Source: Cetorhinus maximus (taxonomy: Eukaryota). From it: DNA of 64,000 nucleotides. The notes beneath the pieces are model-generated. The model was not told the DNA's origin. It saw only the letters and a program-made list of their open reading frames with translations, and did no database searches. Within the stretch, counting starts at the first letter, position 1. Each line of letters begins with the position of its first letter. The DNA is taken from assembly GCF_964194155.1 (NCBI RefSeq), contig NC_135879.1, forward strand, positions 76,694,001-76,758,000, read 5' to 3'. The position numbers and the translations under genes are program-made. Shown here piece after piece: positions 51,093 through 63,003 of the stretch.

Positions 51093-53839
51093 TTAAGATC
51101 TAAAGTTGTTGAATTCAATATTCAGCCCGGAAGGCTGTAAAGTGCCTAGTCGGAAGATGAGGTGCTGTTCCTCCAGTTTGCGTTGGGCTTCACTGGAACA
51201 ATGCAGCAAGCCAAGGACAGACATGTGGGCAAGAGAACAGGGTGGAGTGTTAAAATGGCAAGCGACAGGGAGGTTTGGGTCTTTCTTGCGGACAGACCGC
51301 AGGTGTTCTGCAAAGCGGTCGCCCAGTTTGCGTTTGGTCTCTCCAATGTAGAGGAGACCGCATTGGGAGCAACGAATGCAGTAGACTAAGTTAGGGGAAA
51401 TGCAAGTGAAATGCTGCTTCACTCGAAAGGAGTGTTTGAGCCCTTGGACGGTGAGGAGAGAGGAAGTGAAGGGGCAGGTGTTGCATCTTCTGCGTGGGCA
51501 TGGGGAGGTGCCATAGGTGGGGGTTGAGGAGTAGGGGGTGATGGAGGAGTGGACCAGGGTGTCCCGGAGGGAACGATCCCTACGGAATGCCGTCGGGGGG
51601 GTGAAGGGAAGATGTGTTTGGTGGTGGCATCATGCTGGAGTTGGCGGAAATGGCGGAGGATGATCCTTTGAATGCGGAGGCTGGTGGGGTGATAAGTGAG
51701 GACAAGAGGGACCCTATCATGTTTCTGGGAAGGAGGAGAAGGCGTGAGGGAGGATGCGCGGGATATGGGCCGGACACGGTTGAGAGCCCTGTCAACGACC
51801 GTGGGTGGAAAACCTCGGTTAAGGAAGAAGGAGGACATGTCAGAGGAGCTGTTTTTGAAGGTAGCGTCATCAGAACAGATGCGACGGAGGCGAAGGAACT
51901 GAGAGAATGGGATGGAGTCCTTACAGGAAGCGGGGTGTGAGGAGCTGTAGTCGAGGTAGCTGTGGGAGTCGGTAGGCTTGTAATGGATATTGGTGGACAG
52001 TCTATCATCAGAACTTGAGACAGAGAGGTCAAGGAAGGGAAGTGAAGTGTCAGAGATGGACCATGTGAAAATGATGGAGGGGTGGAGATTGGAAGCAAAA
52101 TTAATAAATTTTTCCAGGTCCCGACGAGAGCATGAAGCAGCACCGAAGTAATCATCGATGTACCGGAGAAAGAGTTGTGGGAGGGGGCCGGAGTAGGACT
52201 GGAACAAGGAATGTTCCACATACCCCATAAAGAGACAGGCATAGCTGGGGCCCATGCGGGTACCCATAGCCACACCTTTTATTTGGAGGAAGTGAGAGGA
52301 GTTAAAGGAGAAATTGCTCAGTGTGAGAACAAGTTCAGCCAGACGGAGGAGAGTAGTGGTGGATGGGGATTGTTCGGGCCTCTGTTCAAGGAAGAAGCTA
52401 AGGGCCATCCGACCATCCTGGTGGGGGATGGAGATGTAGAGGGATTGGACATCCATGGTGAAGAGGAAGCGGTTGGGGCCAGGGAACTGGAAATTGTTGA
52501 TGTGATGTAAGGTGTCAGAGGAATCACGGATGTAGGTGGGAAGGGACTGGACAAGGGGAGAGAGAAGGGAGTCAAGATAACGAGAAATGAGTTCCGTGGG
52601 GCAGGAACAGGCTGACACGATTGGTCTGCCAGGACAGTTCTGTTTGTGGATTTTGGGTAGGAGGTAGAAGCGGGCCGTCCGAGGTTGGGTGACTATCAAG
52701 TTGGAAGCTGTGGGAGGAAGATCTCCAGAGGAGATGAGGTCAGTGACAGTCCTGGAAACAATGGCTTGATGTTCTGTGGTGGGGTCACGGTCCAGGGAGA
52801 GGTAGGAGGAAGTGTCTGCGAGTTGACGCTCAGCCTCCGCGAGGTAGAGGTCAATGCGCCAGACAACAACAGTACCACCCTTGTCAGCGGGTTTGATGAC
52901 AATGTTGGGGTTGGACCTGAGAGAACGGAGTGCAGTGAGTTCAGAGAGAGACAGATTAGAATGGGTGAGAGGAGCAGAGAAATTGAGACGGCTAATGTCA
53001 CGCCGACAGTTCTCAATGAAAAGATCAGGAGAAGGTAAGAATCCAGAGGGAGGGGTCCAGGTGGAGGGAGAATATTGGAGGTGGGTAAGAGGATCCGTTG
53101 AATGGGGAGAGGACTCCTGCCCAAAGAAGTGAGCACGGAGACGAAGACGGCGGAAGAAGAGTTCAGCATCATGCCGAGCCCGAAATTCATTGAGATGAGG
53201 GCGTAAGGGTATGAAACTAAGTCCTTTGCTGAGCACTGAACGTTCAGCATCGGAGAGGGGAAGGTCAGGGGGTATAGTGAATAAGCGGCTGGGGCTGGGA
53301 TTGGAAGATGGGGTGGGGACGGAGGGACAAGCAGGGGTGGAGGGTCCCAGATGGGTGTTGGTGTTGATGAGTTGTTGGAGCTTGCGTTCCTTAGCACTTG
53401 AGAGAAAAAGTTTCTTGTTGAGGCGACGGATGAGGCGAAGGATAAAATGAAACTGGGGGCACGCGCAGCTTTGAAAAAGGGTGCGGCGGTGCTGCTGGAG
53501 GGAGAGGTCGAGTGTGTTCACATGGCGGCGCATGGCACTGAGTGTGGATCTCAGAATGCGACGGGAACAGCAGTCCGAGAATCGTTTTATGTCCCGGAGA
53601 TACCTGTAATCCTGGGTGGGTTCGAAACAAGAGGGATGGAATTTCAGTTGAAATCCACGTGGGGTGAGTCGGAGACGGAGACAGTCACTGAGAAAGGAGA
53701 TATGGCTGTGAAAGCGGGTTTTAGTAAACACCTTGTCAAACACCAGGAGAGAAATGGAAAGCAATGAAGGTGAGCAGGGCAGAAGAGACAGGCGGAAATC
53801 CTGTCGGAGAACAGAACCATACTTCTTCAGAGAGGGCAT
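51093..53839 (-). CDS. PLE reverse transcriptase + GIY-YIG endonuclease (about 915 aa if one frameshift at 51595-51601 is corrected)
   Basis: IKPADKGG, LPKIHK, GRPIVS, MDVQSLY, GVAMGTRMGP, RYIDD, LPFLD; linker CPRRRCNTC; NLVYCIRCSQCGLLYIGETKR. Confidence 0.92.
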
Positions 53840-53937
53840 TTCTTGAAGAGAGGTGGCAGTCAATTAAACACAGAGATAAAAACAAAAAACTAAAAGCTAC
53901 TGCGGATGCTGGAAATCCAAAACAAAAACAGAATTAC

Positions 53938-54345
53938 CACATTTAATTAACTTGATAGACTTCTTTGACAACTATTGGAGTGGGTGGATGAACATAATGG
54001 GGTTGATGTTGGGTATATGTACTTTCAAAAGACAATGGATAAAGTACCACATAATAGAAGTTATAACAAAATTAAAACCCATGATATTAAAGGAGCTGCG
54101 ACTGCATGGGTATGAAACTGGCTAAGGGACAGAAAACCAAGTGTGGTGGTGAATGAGTGGTCTTCAGACTGGAGGGTAGTACACAGTCATATTCCCCCAG
54201 GTTGGTCTTAGGACCGCTGCTCTTTTTGATATATATCATCGACTGGGGCTTGAGAATACAGGGCATAATTTCAAAGTTTGGAAATGACACAACACTTGGA
54301 AGAGTAGAAAATAGTGAGGAGGTCATAGAGTGGTGGAAGTGATGG
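53938..54345 (+). mobile_element. Old CR1 RT fragment (host of the PLE, left part 50440-50581)
   Basis: FKDKSHLINLIDFF across the TSD; YFQKTMDKVPH; VLGPLLFLIYI. Confidence 0.75.
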
Positions 54346-55644
54346 TAAACATTCATGTCACAGTAAGGAAGAAAAATGAAAGAGAGTGGAGCAATTTTGG
54401 GATGTCAGTTCATTCTGCTTGAAAACCCAAGCACCAAAGGGAGAATTTTGCACAGGGGAATGATGTTTACATTTGATCATTTTTCAACAAAGAAAACAAA
54501 ATATTATTTGACTATATAACATTGGAAATCATGACATTTTATTTTATATTTAAATTCAATTTTACTGATTAGTTAAGTAGCTTACCTGCAATACAGGGAG
54601 TGCAGGTTGAATTCACATGTACTGGTTCAAATTAATTTCATGTTTCTCTAGCAGAGGGTAGAGGGATAGTGTAATCTGAAACTGGGATGAGGATTTTATT
54701 AAAATGTGCAACAGACTTTCCTTTGAGGTTGCAAATGACTTAAATGAATAGATACCATGGGCTGGATTCCCACCTCAGAGGCTGACGGGAAAGGGGATTT
54801 TACAGCCTTAATTGGTCCAGAGTCCGGATGGCCAAAGGCTTGGAAGAAAGTGGGATAATTCCAAAGTGAGCAGGTTAAAAGACCTACCTCGGTTCCCAAA
54901 AAAACATTGGCCTGGTTCTTTCAATGGAATCAGCAATGAAGGTTGAACTGTATCAGGAAGGCCTCACATTCTATAAAAATTTAAACCTTCTGCTCAATTT
55001 AAATATCCTCACTCTTACCCTTCACCGCCACCACCTGGCTCCTGGACCCTCACCCACTAGCCCTTGCCCACCCCCCAACCCTACTTCTCCCTCACCATCA
55101 TGCACTTTAAGAGCAGAACTCACAAGCCCTATCCTAATAGTTGAAAACCATTGAATAACCCATAAAATCCCCTGAGTAAACAGACTCTTCAAAAAAGCTG
55201 TGTAAACAGAGTCCAGCATTTGCAGAACAATTAGGTAGTTGGATTGCAACCAAGAAACCCAGGGCCCTGTGTGTGAATATATGTGGCTTCTAGCATGTGT
55301 AGGTGAGTCACGCTGTGAGCCTACTGATAATCCTAAACTGGTTTTCAGTGTAATTCTTAGCACAGTCAGGATTGTTTAGCAATTGCAGAATCGCATCTAA
55401 TGTTGGACCCATGTTTTGAGTTTTGCAAACATAAGTTTTGCTGTTTGGGTATGGTCAGTACTTTGCCTGTTGCGAACTGCCGAAGATACATCCTGTTTGA
55501 TACAATCCCACAGTCAATGGGGCGTATGGCCGACATACCTGGAATCATACCAGCACTGAAATTTATATACCAGATTGTGTGATAGGCAGAACGTCTTTTT
55601 GATTTAACAGCAACATCCTGTTAGTGGAGAATACAACTCATGTT

Positions 55645-56460
55645 GCTTTTTTAAACTCATCCACGGGATGTGGTGTTCACTGGCTGAGCCAGCATTTATA
55701 GCCCATCCCTAGTTGCCCTTGAGAAGGTGGTGGTGATCTGCCTTCTTGAACCGCTGCAGTCCATGTGGTGTAGGTGCACCCACAGTGCTGTTAGGAAGCG
55801 AGTTCCAGGATTTTGACCCAGCGACAGTGAAGGAATGGCGATATCTTTCCAAGTCAGGATGGTGAGTGACTTGGAGGGGAACTTCCAGTTGGTGGTGTTC
55901 CCATATATCTGCTGCCCTTGTTCTTCTAGATGGTAGTGGTCATGGGTTTGTAAGATGCTGCCTAAGGAGCGTTGGTGAATTCCTGCAGTGCATCTTGTAG
56001 CTGCTACTGTGCGTCGGTGGTGGAGGGAGTGAACGTTTGTGAATGTGGTGTTAATCAAGCGGGCTGCTTTGTCCAGGACGGTGTCAAGCTTCTTGAGTGT
56101 TGTGGGACCTGTACTCATCCAGGCAAGTGGGGAGTATGCCATCACACTCCTAACTTGTGTCTTGTAGATGGTGGACAGGCTTTGGGGAGCGAGGAGGCAA
56201 GTTACTTGTTGCAGGATTCCTAGCCTCTGACCTGCTCTTGTAGCCACCGTGTTCATATGGCTATTCCAGTTCAGTTTCTGGTCAATGGTAACCCCCAGGA
56301 TGTTGATAGTGGGGGGTTCAGTGACGATAATGCCATTGAACATCAAGGGGCGATGGTTGGATTCTCTCTTGTTGGAGATGGTCATTGCCTGGCACTTGTA
56401 TGGCACGAATATTACTTGCCACTTGTCAGCCCAAGCCTGGATATTGTCCTGGTCTTGCTA
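55645..56460 (-). mobile_element. CR1-type LINE 3' fragment (same family as 1621-2402)
   Basis: ILGVTIDQKLNWNSH...TTLKKLDTVLDKAARLI. Confidence 0.85.
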
Positions 56461-56479
56461 CTGCATAGTAACAGAATGA

Positions 56480-57035
56480 AACAGCTAGCTTCACCTGTTG
56501 TTCAAATTTTGAAACACCTTTCCCTTCCAGGGTAATCTGAGGTAAGCTGTACACTTTTCAGGACCGCAAGTGGCAGCCTTAGGCCCTTTCATGAGTTTGT
56601 GCGATATGCAGCGAGCAATGATCTGATCAGGGTAGTTGTTATCCTGCAAGATGGCTTTGATGCACTCTATTTCAGCATTAAGCTTGCACAGTGAGAAAAT
56701 GGCTCTAGCCCTATTTATGAGGTTGCAGATAAGGCCAACCTTATAATGCATGGAATTATAGGAATTCCAATGTGTATATTTACCAGTGAAGGCAGGCTTT
56801 GCTGGGCAGTAGTAGCAAACCCATTGGTAAATTTCTCAACTAGCACGTCAAGGAAAGGGAGTTCATCTGACTGCTCCATTTCAACGGTGAATTTGAGTGC
56901 AGGATGGGGCCCATTAATGTGCGTAAGGTAGTTCATACATGCAGCTGCAGATTCAAATATAGCAAACGTATCATTTTCATATCAGAAATATGCAGTTGGT
57001 AGGAGCTTAGGTGTCATTCCATTGAAAATCCATCG
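56480..57035 (-). mobile_element. Fragment of a second Penelope-like RT family
   Basis: HPALKFTVEMEQSDELPFLDVLVEK; LINRARAI..CKLNAEIECIKAILQDNNYP; YLRLPWKG. Confidence 0.8.
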
Positions 57036-57039
57036 TACA

Positions 57040-57790
57040 GGTTTTCCTGAGCTAGCCTACAGAGCTAATGATCAACATGTACGCGAATGTGATTGGGAAC
57101 AGAAGGATTGAATAAAAGTAAATGAGGCGCGAAACATGAAATTCATATCCGCCAACGCCAGGAGATAAAATGCTTGTGAAACATGATGGTCATGTTGGAA
57201 GGCAAACAATCCTTTATGACAACTAACCACTTGTTGTGACCAACACAAAGGGATCAATGACCAGTGCTAACTGCGGTTCATATATCATCATACAAAATGT
57301 GTCATTCTTCAAAGCACTGAAAACACCATTCACGAGCATTGAATCTGATTCCAACATCAACATCTCAGATGAAAAACATGAGTTAAATGAGACCAAAGCT
57401 GATGTCAAACAATATCCTACTTGTGACAGAAGACGTCATCATGGCTAAGTGATCTTGTTATGAAGTGAACTATTTTCAGTTAATGAACAAATCTTTTATC
57501 TCATTGCACATGACTGATTACATTGTTAACCTAATAGAGAAATTATAATATGTGATAGTGTTGCTGGTGAAGTTGAATGTTCACATTATGCTTAAGTTTA
57601 CCATCGAAACACGCTGGGCCTCTCATTTACTAAGAAGGGGAAGGATGTATGTATTGAAAATTGAATTGTGCATTTTGTCCATATCAGGCTGCCATACGCA
57701 TGTACCAGCAGAGGGAGGAGAATAAAGGTATCCATGTTTTAACAGCGATTGCAGTTCTGATTCTGAATGCATCTTGTTGAATCTTACTAT
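57040..57790 (+). mobile_element. Gypsy pol C-terminal relic with PPT and 3' LTR remnant
   Basis: VVTNTKGSMTSANCGSYIIIQNVSFFK; purine tract AAGAAGGGGAAGGA followed by TGT at about 57646; AATAAA at 57721. Confidence 0.6.
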
Positions 57791-57799
57791 TTCTCCCCA

Positions 57800-59580
57800 A
57801 GAGCTTCACAGAAGACACTGCCCTATCACTTGATTTCACATTTAGTCACCAGGTCAGATACTTACATTATTTACATTGATGAGAGGTGGGATTGCACATG
57901 GTGAGACACTGGGCATCATGACCTGCAACCATGACAGGGGACAAAAGTAGCATAGTTGCCAGCTTGCCAGAGGATGAGGTTGCATATGAGTTCTGCTACA
58001 GAGGACTCAGATGAGCACTTTAATGGGACAGCCTACAGAAGAAGGCTGATGGATATGAACAGCAAAATGCTTGGTGCTTTGGGAAGCCTGCCAGAAGCCA
58101 TGTTAAGGAGAGCTCTTAAGGAGAATGGAGGAGTTCAGCACCAACTTGGCACAGAGCTTGGAGACCATATTTTCTAGCATGGAAATGGTGGCCAACACTG
58201 TCGACACACCTAAGGATCGAGGCATGATGTAGTGTGTGATGGCTGATGTCATAGCTTCCATTACAGCATAAGCAGCAGCCACCCAACGTCTGAATGCTGC
58301 AGTAGAAACTCAGACTGCTGCTGTACAAGTACAGACTAATGGCAGTATGGCTATCTATTATAGTATGCAGAGGGACTTGTAGGGTGAGACAGCAGTCCAG
58401 CAAGGACTAATACACCGCCTTGTGGAGTGACAGTGGCTCCATGAAGCATGAACCTGTTATCCTTTCTCAGGAAGACAGCATTTGTTCTCCCAACCCTGTC
58501 ACTCTGCCAATGCCCTTGCTATTGCTATTGCTTGTCAGCCAGCCAGCACAGACCACTGCAACACACACCAAAATGGCACACTCTGAAGCCAGGCCTTCTG
58601 GGGCCAGAGCTGCTCAAGGTCATCTTCCAAGGCCATCTGCATCCTCCCTCACTGAAAGTCAGCAGCCTTCCACTAGCCATGCTGCAGCCACTGGGATAAC
58701 ACTGCATAGGAGCACTCAGACAGGTAAAAGGCTCATGGAAGACAGGCCCTAGGGAAATGCACAAGGGTGATTAGTTGACTTTTGTACGCAATATGGCATA
58801 ATTACATTTATAAATTTGGATTGGAATGTATATTTTGTGTTAGCCTTTTTTTTTGCATCATGCCAAAGCTGATGCTGTGATGGTCAATGACAGGGAAGGT
58901 AAGATGTGGGATTGTTGGTGAATGGGGATTTGGAGTTACGCTAATTGATATTGCACTCAGATGAATTATTCATGCACAACCCAGGGGGATAGGGGCTGTC
59001 TAGCTAGCCTCCTCCCTTCCACTTCCTCATTATCCTCTTCCACCTCTTTCATTTCATGCTCCTCCTCCTCAGCTGCTTGCCACATAACTGATGGTAAGGA
59101 CTGTCCCAACATGATCGTGAGATTATCCACCATACAGCAGACCACCACAAATCTTGACACCCGCTCTGCAGAGTTCTACAGGGCTCCTCCAGAGCGGTAC
59201 AGGCATCTAAAGTGCCTTGTTACTCACTTTAAACTTTTGCAACTTGATACAACGACAGAAAGCACTTGGGGAATCATAGCAACAGCCAGAAAAAAAATCA
59301 AGCAGCATCTAACCTGTAAGTACTTAATGATCCCTTTAAATAGCACTGATGGGGGTGTCCTTCCTGCTACGACTATGTGTCCAATTGTACAAGGTTAAGA
59401 GATGGCTTAGGCTGGAGTTTTAAGCTTAAAAATAGCATTGTTGTTGTCAGATTTGCCTGCTCTGCATACCTCCGGCAGACATTCATTGTGCATTTGCTAA
59501 CGTGCTTAATATGGCATTGGGCACAATTTACCCCACAAGTATGTGCGCATGCCATGGGTATCATTTTGCAGCTGTAAGTC
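57800..59580. mobile_element. Harbinger relic with convergent accessory and transposase ORF remnants
   Basis: Plus strand YRRRLMDMNSKMLGALGSLPE; minus strand SRFVVVCCMVDNLTIMLGQSLP (DDE_Tnp_4-like C-terminus) with acidic tail. Confidence 0.7.
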
Positions 59581-59803
59581 CACTTGTACCAAACAACTCA
59601 GTAACTTCAATTAGTGCTCTTTATCAATCAGAATGTCACATCTGACTGTGATAACATTACATACCAGAGAAAGTTTGTGATGAAGCCAACAGCTGGACAT
59701 ATATAGAGAGATATCTATTGAAAAGAATACTTTTGCTCAGTAAAGGGCACTGGTCTACAGCAGTTACTATATTGCATTTGCAAAAGACACAAGCTGCTTT
59801 ATG

Positions 59804-61400
59804 TGACCGGAATTTTCTGGCCCCGTTGGCATTGGGCCGGGCGGGGGGCGACAATAGGAAGAGAAGGCCAAAAATTGGTTTCATGCCGGCATGAAAGCAC
59901 AGCATGCTCATCCAATGGTGTCCGCCATAGTGGGATGTGAATGCTGCTGGAGACTGGCGTGAACATGATTTGCATCCCAAAATGGGATGCAAAGTAAGGT
60001 CCGACTGGAATTGTTTCCCCTCACCCGATTTACCATTACGCCAGAGGAAAACACGCTGGTGCAGAACACATCCGGAAAGCTGTGACGTGCAGAAGTTGGG
60101 ACTTACTATTAGGTCCTTGCTCAGATCATGGACATCCGAGGAGAAGATGATGCTGGGGCCCTACAGCTACTGGATCCTGGAGGAACACATGCATCGCAAG
60201 CTGGGTGGATTGTCATGGACATGGCTCCACCACGAAGCAGCTCACAGAAGGCAGGAGGTCTCTGTTGAGATCTGGGGTCTGCTTCGGATCATCACGGTCT
60301 TGGCTATGGGCTGCGACGGATGATCAGCGAGACGGGGAGAGGAAGGTCCAGCTGTGAGTGGGAGGGGAAGGTGTACTGGGGGCGGTGGGGGAGTGGGTTA
60401 GGGTTAGGTTGGGAGCGGAGGGGACGAAGATGTTGGGGGTGTGAGGTTGGGAGGGGGATGAGGGAGTACAGGGGGAGGAGGGTGTAATGGGGGAGAATGT
60501 GGCAAGGGGGGAGGTAGGTATAAGGGAGTAGGAAGGTGCAAGGTAGGGAATTCGGAGGGGGGAAGGAGTTCAGAGGAGAGAAGTTGTTTGGAGGCGGCAA
60601 GGTGTCTGGGGGGAGGAGGGAGTTTGTAGGGGGGAAGGCGTCCAGGGGGAGGAGGGACTAAAGGTGGAAGAGGGAGTAAGGGCGGAGGAGGGAGTAAGGG
60701 AGGGATGTCCAGGTGAACATTGCAAGGGAGGGGACTGTGGAGTCAATGACTGCCTCCTGGAGAGCGAACTGAGTGTGGGCTTGGTAGCGAATGGTGAGTA
60801 TGAGAGGGAGCAGAGTGAACCGGAAGGATGGGAGGGTGAGGGTGTATCGGTAGCAGTAGAAGGGAAGGCGAGGGTGGTTGGTGGGGACTCAAAGGCAGAC
60901 ATGGACCCTGGGGATGGGAAGGAGGAGCTCGGGGAGGTCAATGTGGATGGGGGTTGGGATTCTCAGGAAGGTAGGGAACGTGTACGTTCTGCTGGACATT
61001 CTGGAAAGACAAGGGTTTGGCTTGGTTGGTGACGGTGAAGAGGTGGAAGGTGATGACAGGACCGTTGACCGTAATGGGGAAAAGGGATGACTGGGGTTGA
61101 GGAAAGGACGGGGAGCTGATCAGATACTTAACAGTTTGTTAAGGAACCTGCCTGCCTCCTCCTGCTGTGGACACATGTCCGTGCAGTGACCATCAGATTG
61201 TGAACCCAAGCCCGCTCTAGATCTAGGTCTCACTGAGGTATGTGTCCCTGTGCTGGAGGATGTGGGTAAGCGCTGTGATGGGTCTTCCAGGCTGCTTATT
61301 TCCAGCCCTTCAATGGAGCAGGTGTCCTCTTGGCTGGAGGTGAGGACATGGATGGAGCTGAGGGACTGGCTGGCTGAGGATGTAGAGGTAATTAGTGCAT
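59804..61400. mobile_element. Harbinger-like derivative containing a G-rich repeat
   Basis: GACCGGAATTTTCTGG terminus like the other MITEs; GC-rich decayed interior. Confidence 0.45.
60330..60720 (+). repeat. G-rich degenerate minisatellite, about 18-bp unit
   Basis: Recurrent GGGGAGGAGGGAGTAAGG-like units with strong purine skew. Confidence 0.7.
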
Positions 61401-62749
61401 GGCAACAGAGAATAATTTCTGCATCTTTACCTGAGTGAGCTTTAGCAATAAAACTAACTCTTTATTTGATAACTTAAGGAACCTGGCAGGCTTATTTCTT
61501 ACACCAAGCTACACACAGTTAAGTATATATATTGCATTGCCAATATTGCCTCCTTTTAAAATTCAAACTCTGTTATAAACAAGTCAGGAGTAGGGCAAAG
61601 AGAGGAGTCAGTTCACCCCTTCTAAACTGGTCGTAACACAGTGTAGAACATTTTATATTACATTGACAACGTCTGAGTTGTATTTGTAATCACCAAGTAT
61701 TCAATTCTAGGTACATCTTGATCAGAAACCAACGAGTGAAGTAAAAATATAAGTTCTTATTGCACAAGTATACATTTTTCTATTTCCCATACGAACCATC
61801 TCTGGCTTGAGAATGCCAATTTGGTGCCAGACTCTGGACAGTTTAACACCATGAGCTTGAGTCGAGGAAGAAATGACTGAGTCTGATAAAACTCATTTCA
61901 TGTAGGATCTTCACAGGTAGCAGAGGGAGTGGGTAGGAAATATCTCATCGGTTAGATGTGAATTTGAGAAATGTAACAACTATCTGATACAGCAGTTTAA
62001 AAAATTGCATCAAGTATGTTAAATTTCAAAGGTTTATCCATCATTCTCAATTATGTTTCATTTAAGATTAGCTTTCTCATGTTTTCTTTATACTAAATGG
62101 TATTCATTTAAAAAATAATTTTACACTCATTTGCACTCTTAATTTGGTCTATTTGTATATTACAATTATTACCTCTTGCATCAGAAATCGATGCTTCAGC
62201 TTGCTTTGTTTTGTACATAAAGTACTGCAGCAATGTTGAGCAGGCTTCATTGTGAAGTGGAGGCCACAAGGGCTGATTCAAAGAGCACTTTAATCAGTGC
62301 AGTCACCTACTTAAAAGTGGATCTTCCTCAGTCAAGCACTACTATTAATAGCCAACTGATTGGACTAAACCATTTTCCATCTATTTCAGGGAAATATTTT
62401 AATTCTGCATTTTTTCTGTGGACAGTTAGAATTGGTGAATTCACTGCAACAATGTACTTAACAAATATTTTGTATTTTGTATACCTTCAGAATTTGATGC
62501 TTTTTCTTGCAATGTGCCAATTTCAATTATAAATGCTGAATTGTTGAACTGCTAATCAAAATCTTCATTTATTAACTGTTGTTTAAAAACAAAATTTAAA
62601 TCTGATGCACTGACAAAGTACCAGTCATAAAAAGATAAAAAGAATATTGTATCTACTAAACAGAACCAAGCATAGGTTATTCCGTGTTCAATAATACCTC
62701 ACTAAATATATCTGGTTGAAAACTAAGCTCTTTCCAGGGATACCTGAAG

Positions 62750-62887
62750 GTTACTTGACCTACAAATCTCAGCTAATCTCACATAATCCTCTGTTTCCAA
62801 ACTGATTCCTCCATGGACTGAAATAGAAGACGTGTAGAAATAGGGACTAAAAGCTTTATTTGTGCCTAGTTTAGTTGACTTTGAAAC
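62750..62887 (+). promoter_or_regulatory. LRIT3: LRIT3 proximal promoter with paired CRX/OTX-type sites
   Basis: TAATCT at 62774-62779 and TAATCC at 62784-62789, 10 bp apart and about 100 bp upstream of the ATG; K50 homeodomain motifs typical of retinal genes. Confidence 0.5.
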
Positions 62888-63003
62888 ATGTACTTGATTG
62901 CTGTCTTTTGCTCGTTGGCCACAATTTTCACAAAAGTATCTTCCTTCTGTCCTTCTCAGTGTACCTGTATTTTCCATGGCAGAGGTGATGGCACTGGGGC
63001 CAG
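62888..63003 (+). CDS. LRIT3: LRIT3 first coding exon (signal peptide + LRR N-terminal cap); gene continues beyond the window
   Basis: MYLIAVFCSLATIFTKVSSFCPSQCTCIFHGRGDGTGAR then AG|GTAAGT; CPSQCTC..HGR.DG.G.R matches the LRIT3 N-terminus; expected synteny after RRH. Confidence 0.9.

Larger units (their letters stand above)
50582..53937 (-). mobile_element. Near-intact Penelope-like element (Neptune type)
   Basis: 13-bp TSD CACATTTAATTAA (50569-50581, 53938-53950) in an old CR1; about 60-bp terminal direct repeat; RT plus GIY-YIG ORF. Confidence 0.95.

Noticed and set aside
51093-53863. Selenocysteine-recoding (Naiad-type) PLE or programmed frameshift
   Set aside because: No in-frame TGA in the RT or EN frames; the break lies in a homopolymer and PLEs normally have a single ORF, so an indel is simpler.
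51106-53946. Many overlapping ORFs within the PLE
   Set aside because: By-products of a long GC-rich coding sequence; no motifs.
60395-60408. GGGTTAGGGTTAGG telomere-like motif
   Set aside because: Only two units inside a G-rich repeat; expected by chance.
60304-61090. Pro/Ser-rich and Gly/Glu-rich ORFs
   Set aside because: Low-complexity translation of the G-rich repeat.
62723-62977. 84-aa minus-strand ORF with CENC
   Set aside because: Antisense shadow of the LRIT3 promoter and first exon; no recognisable domain.
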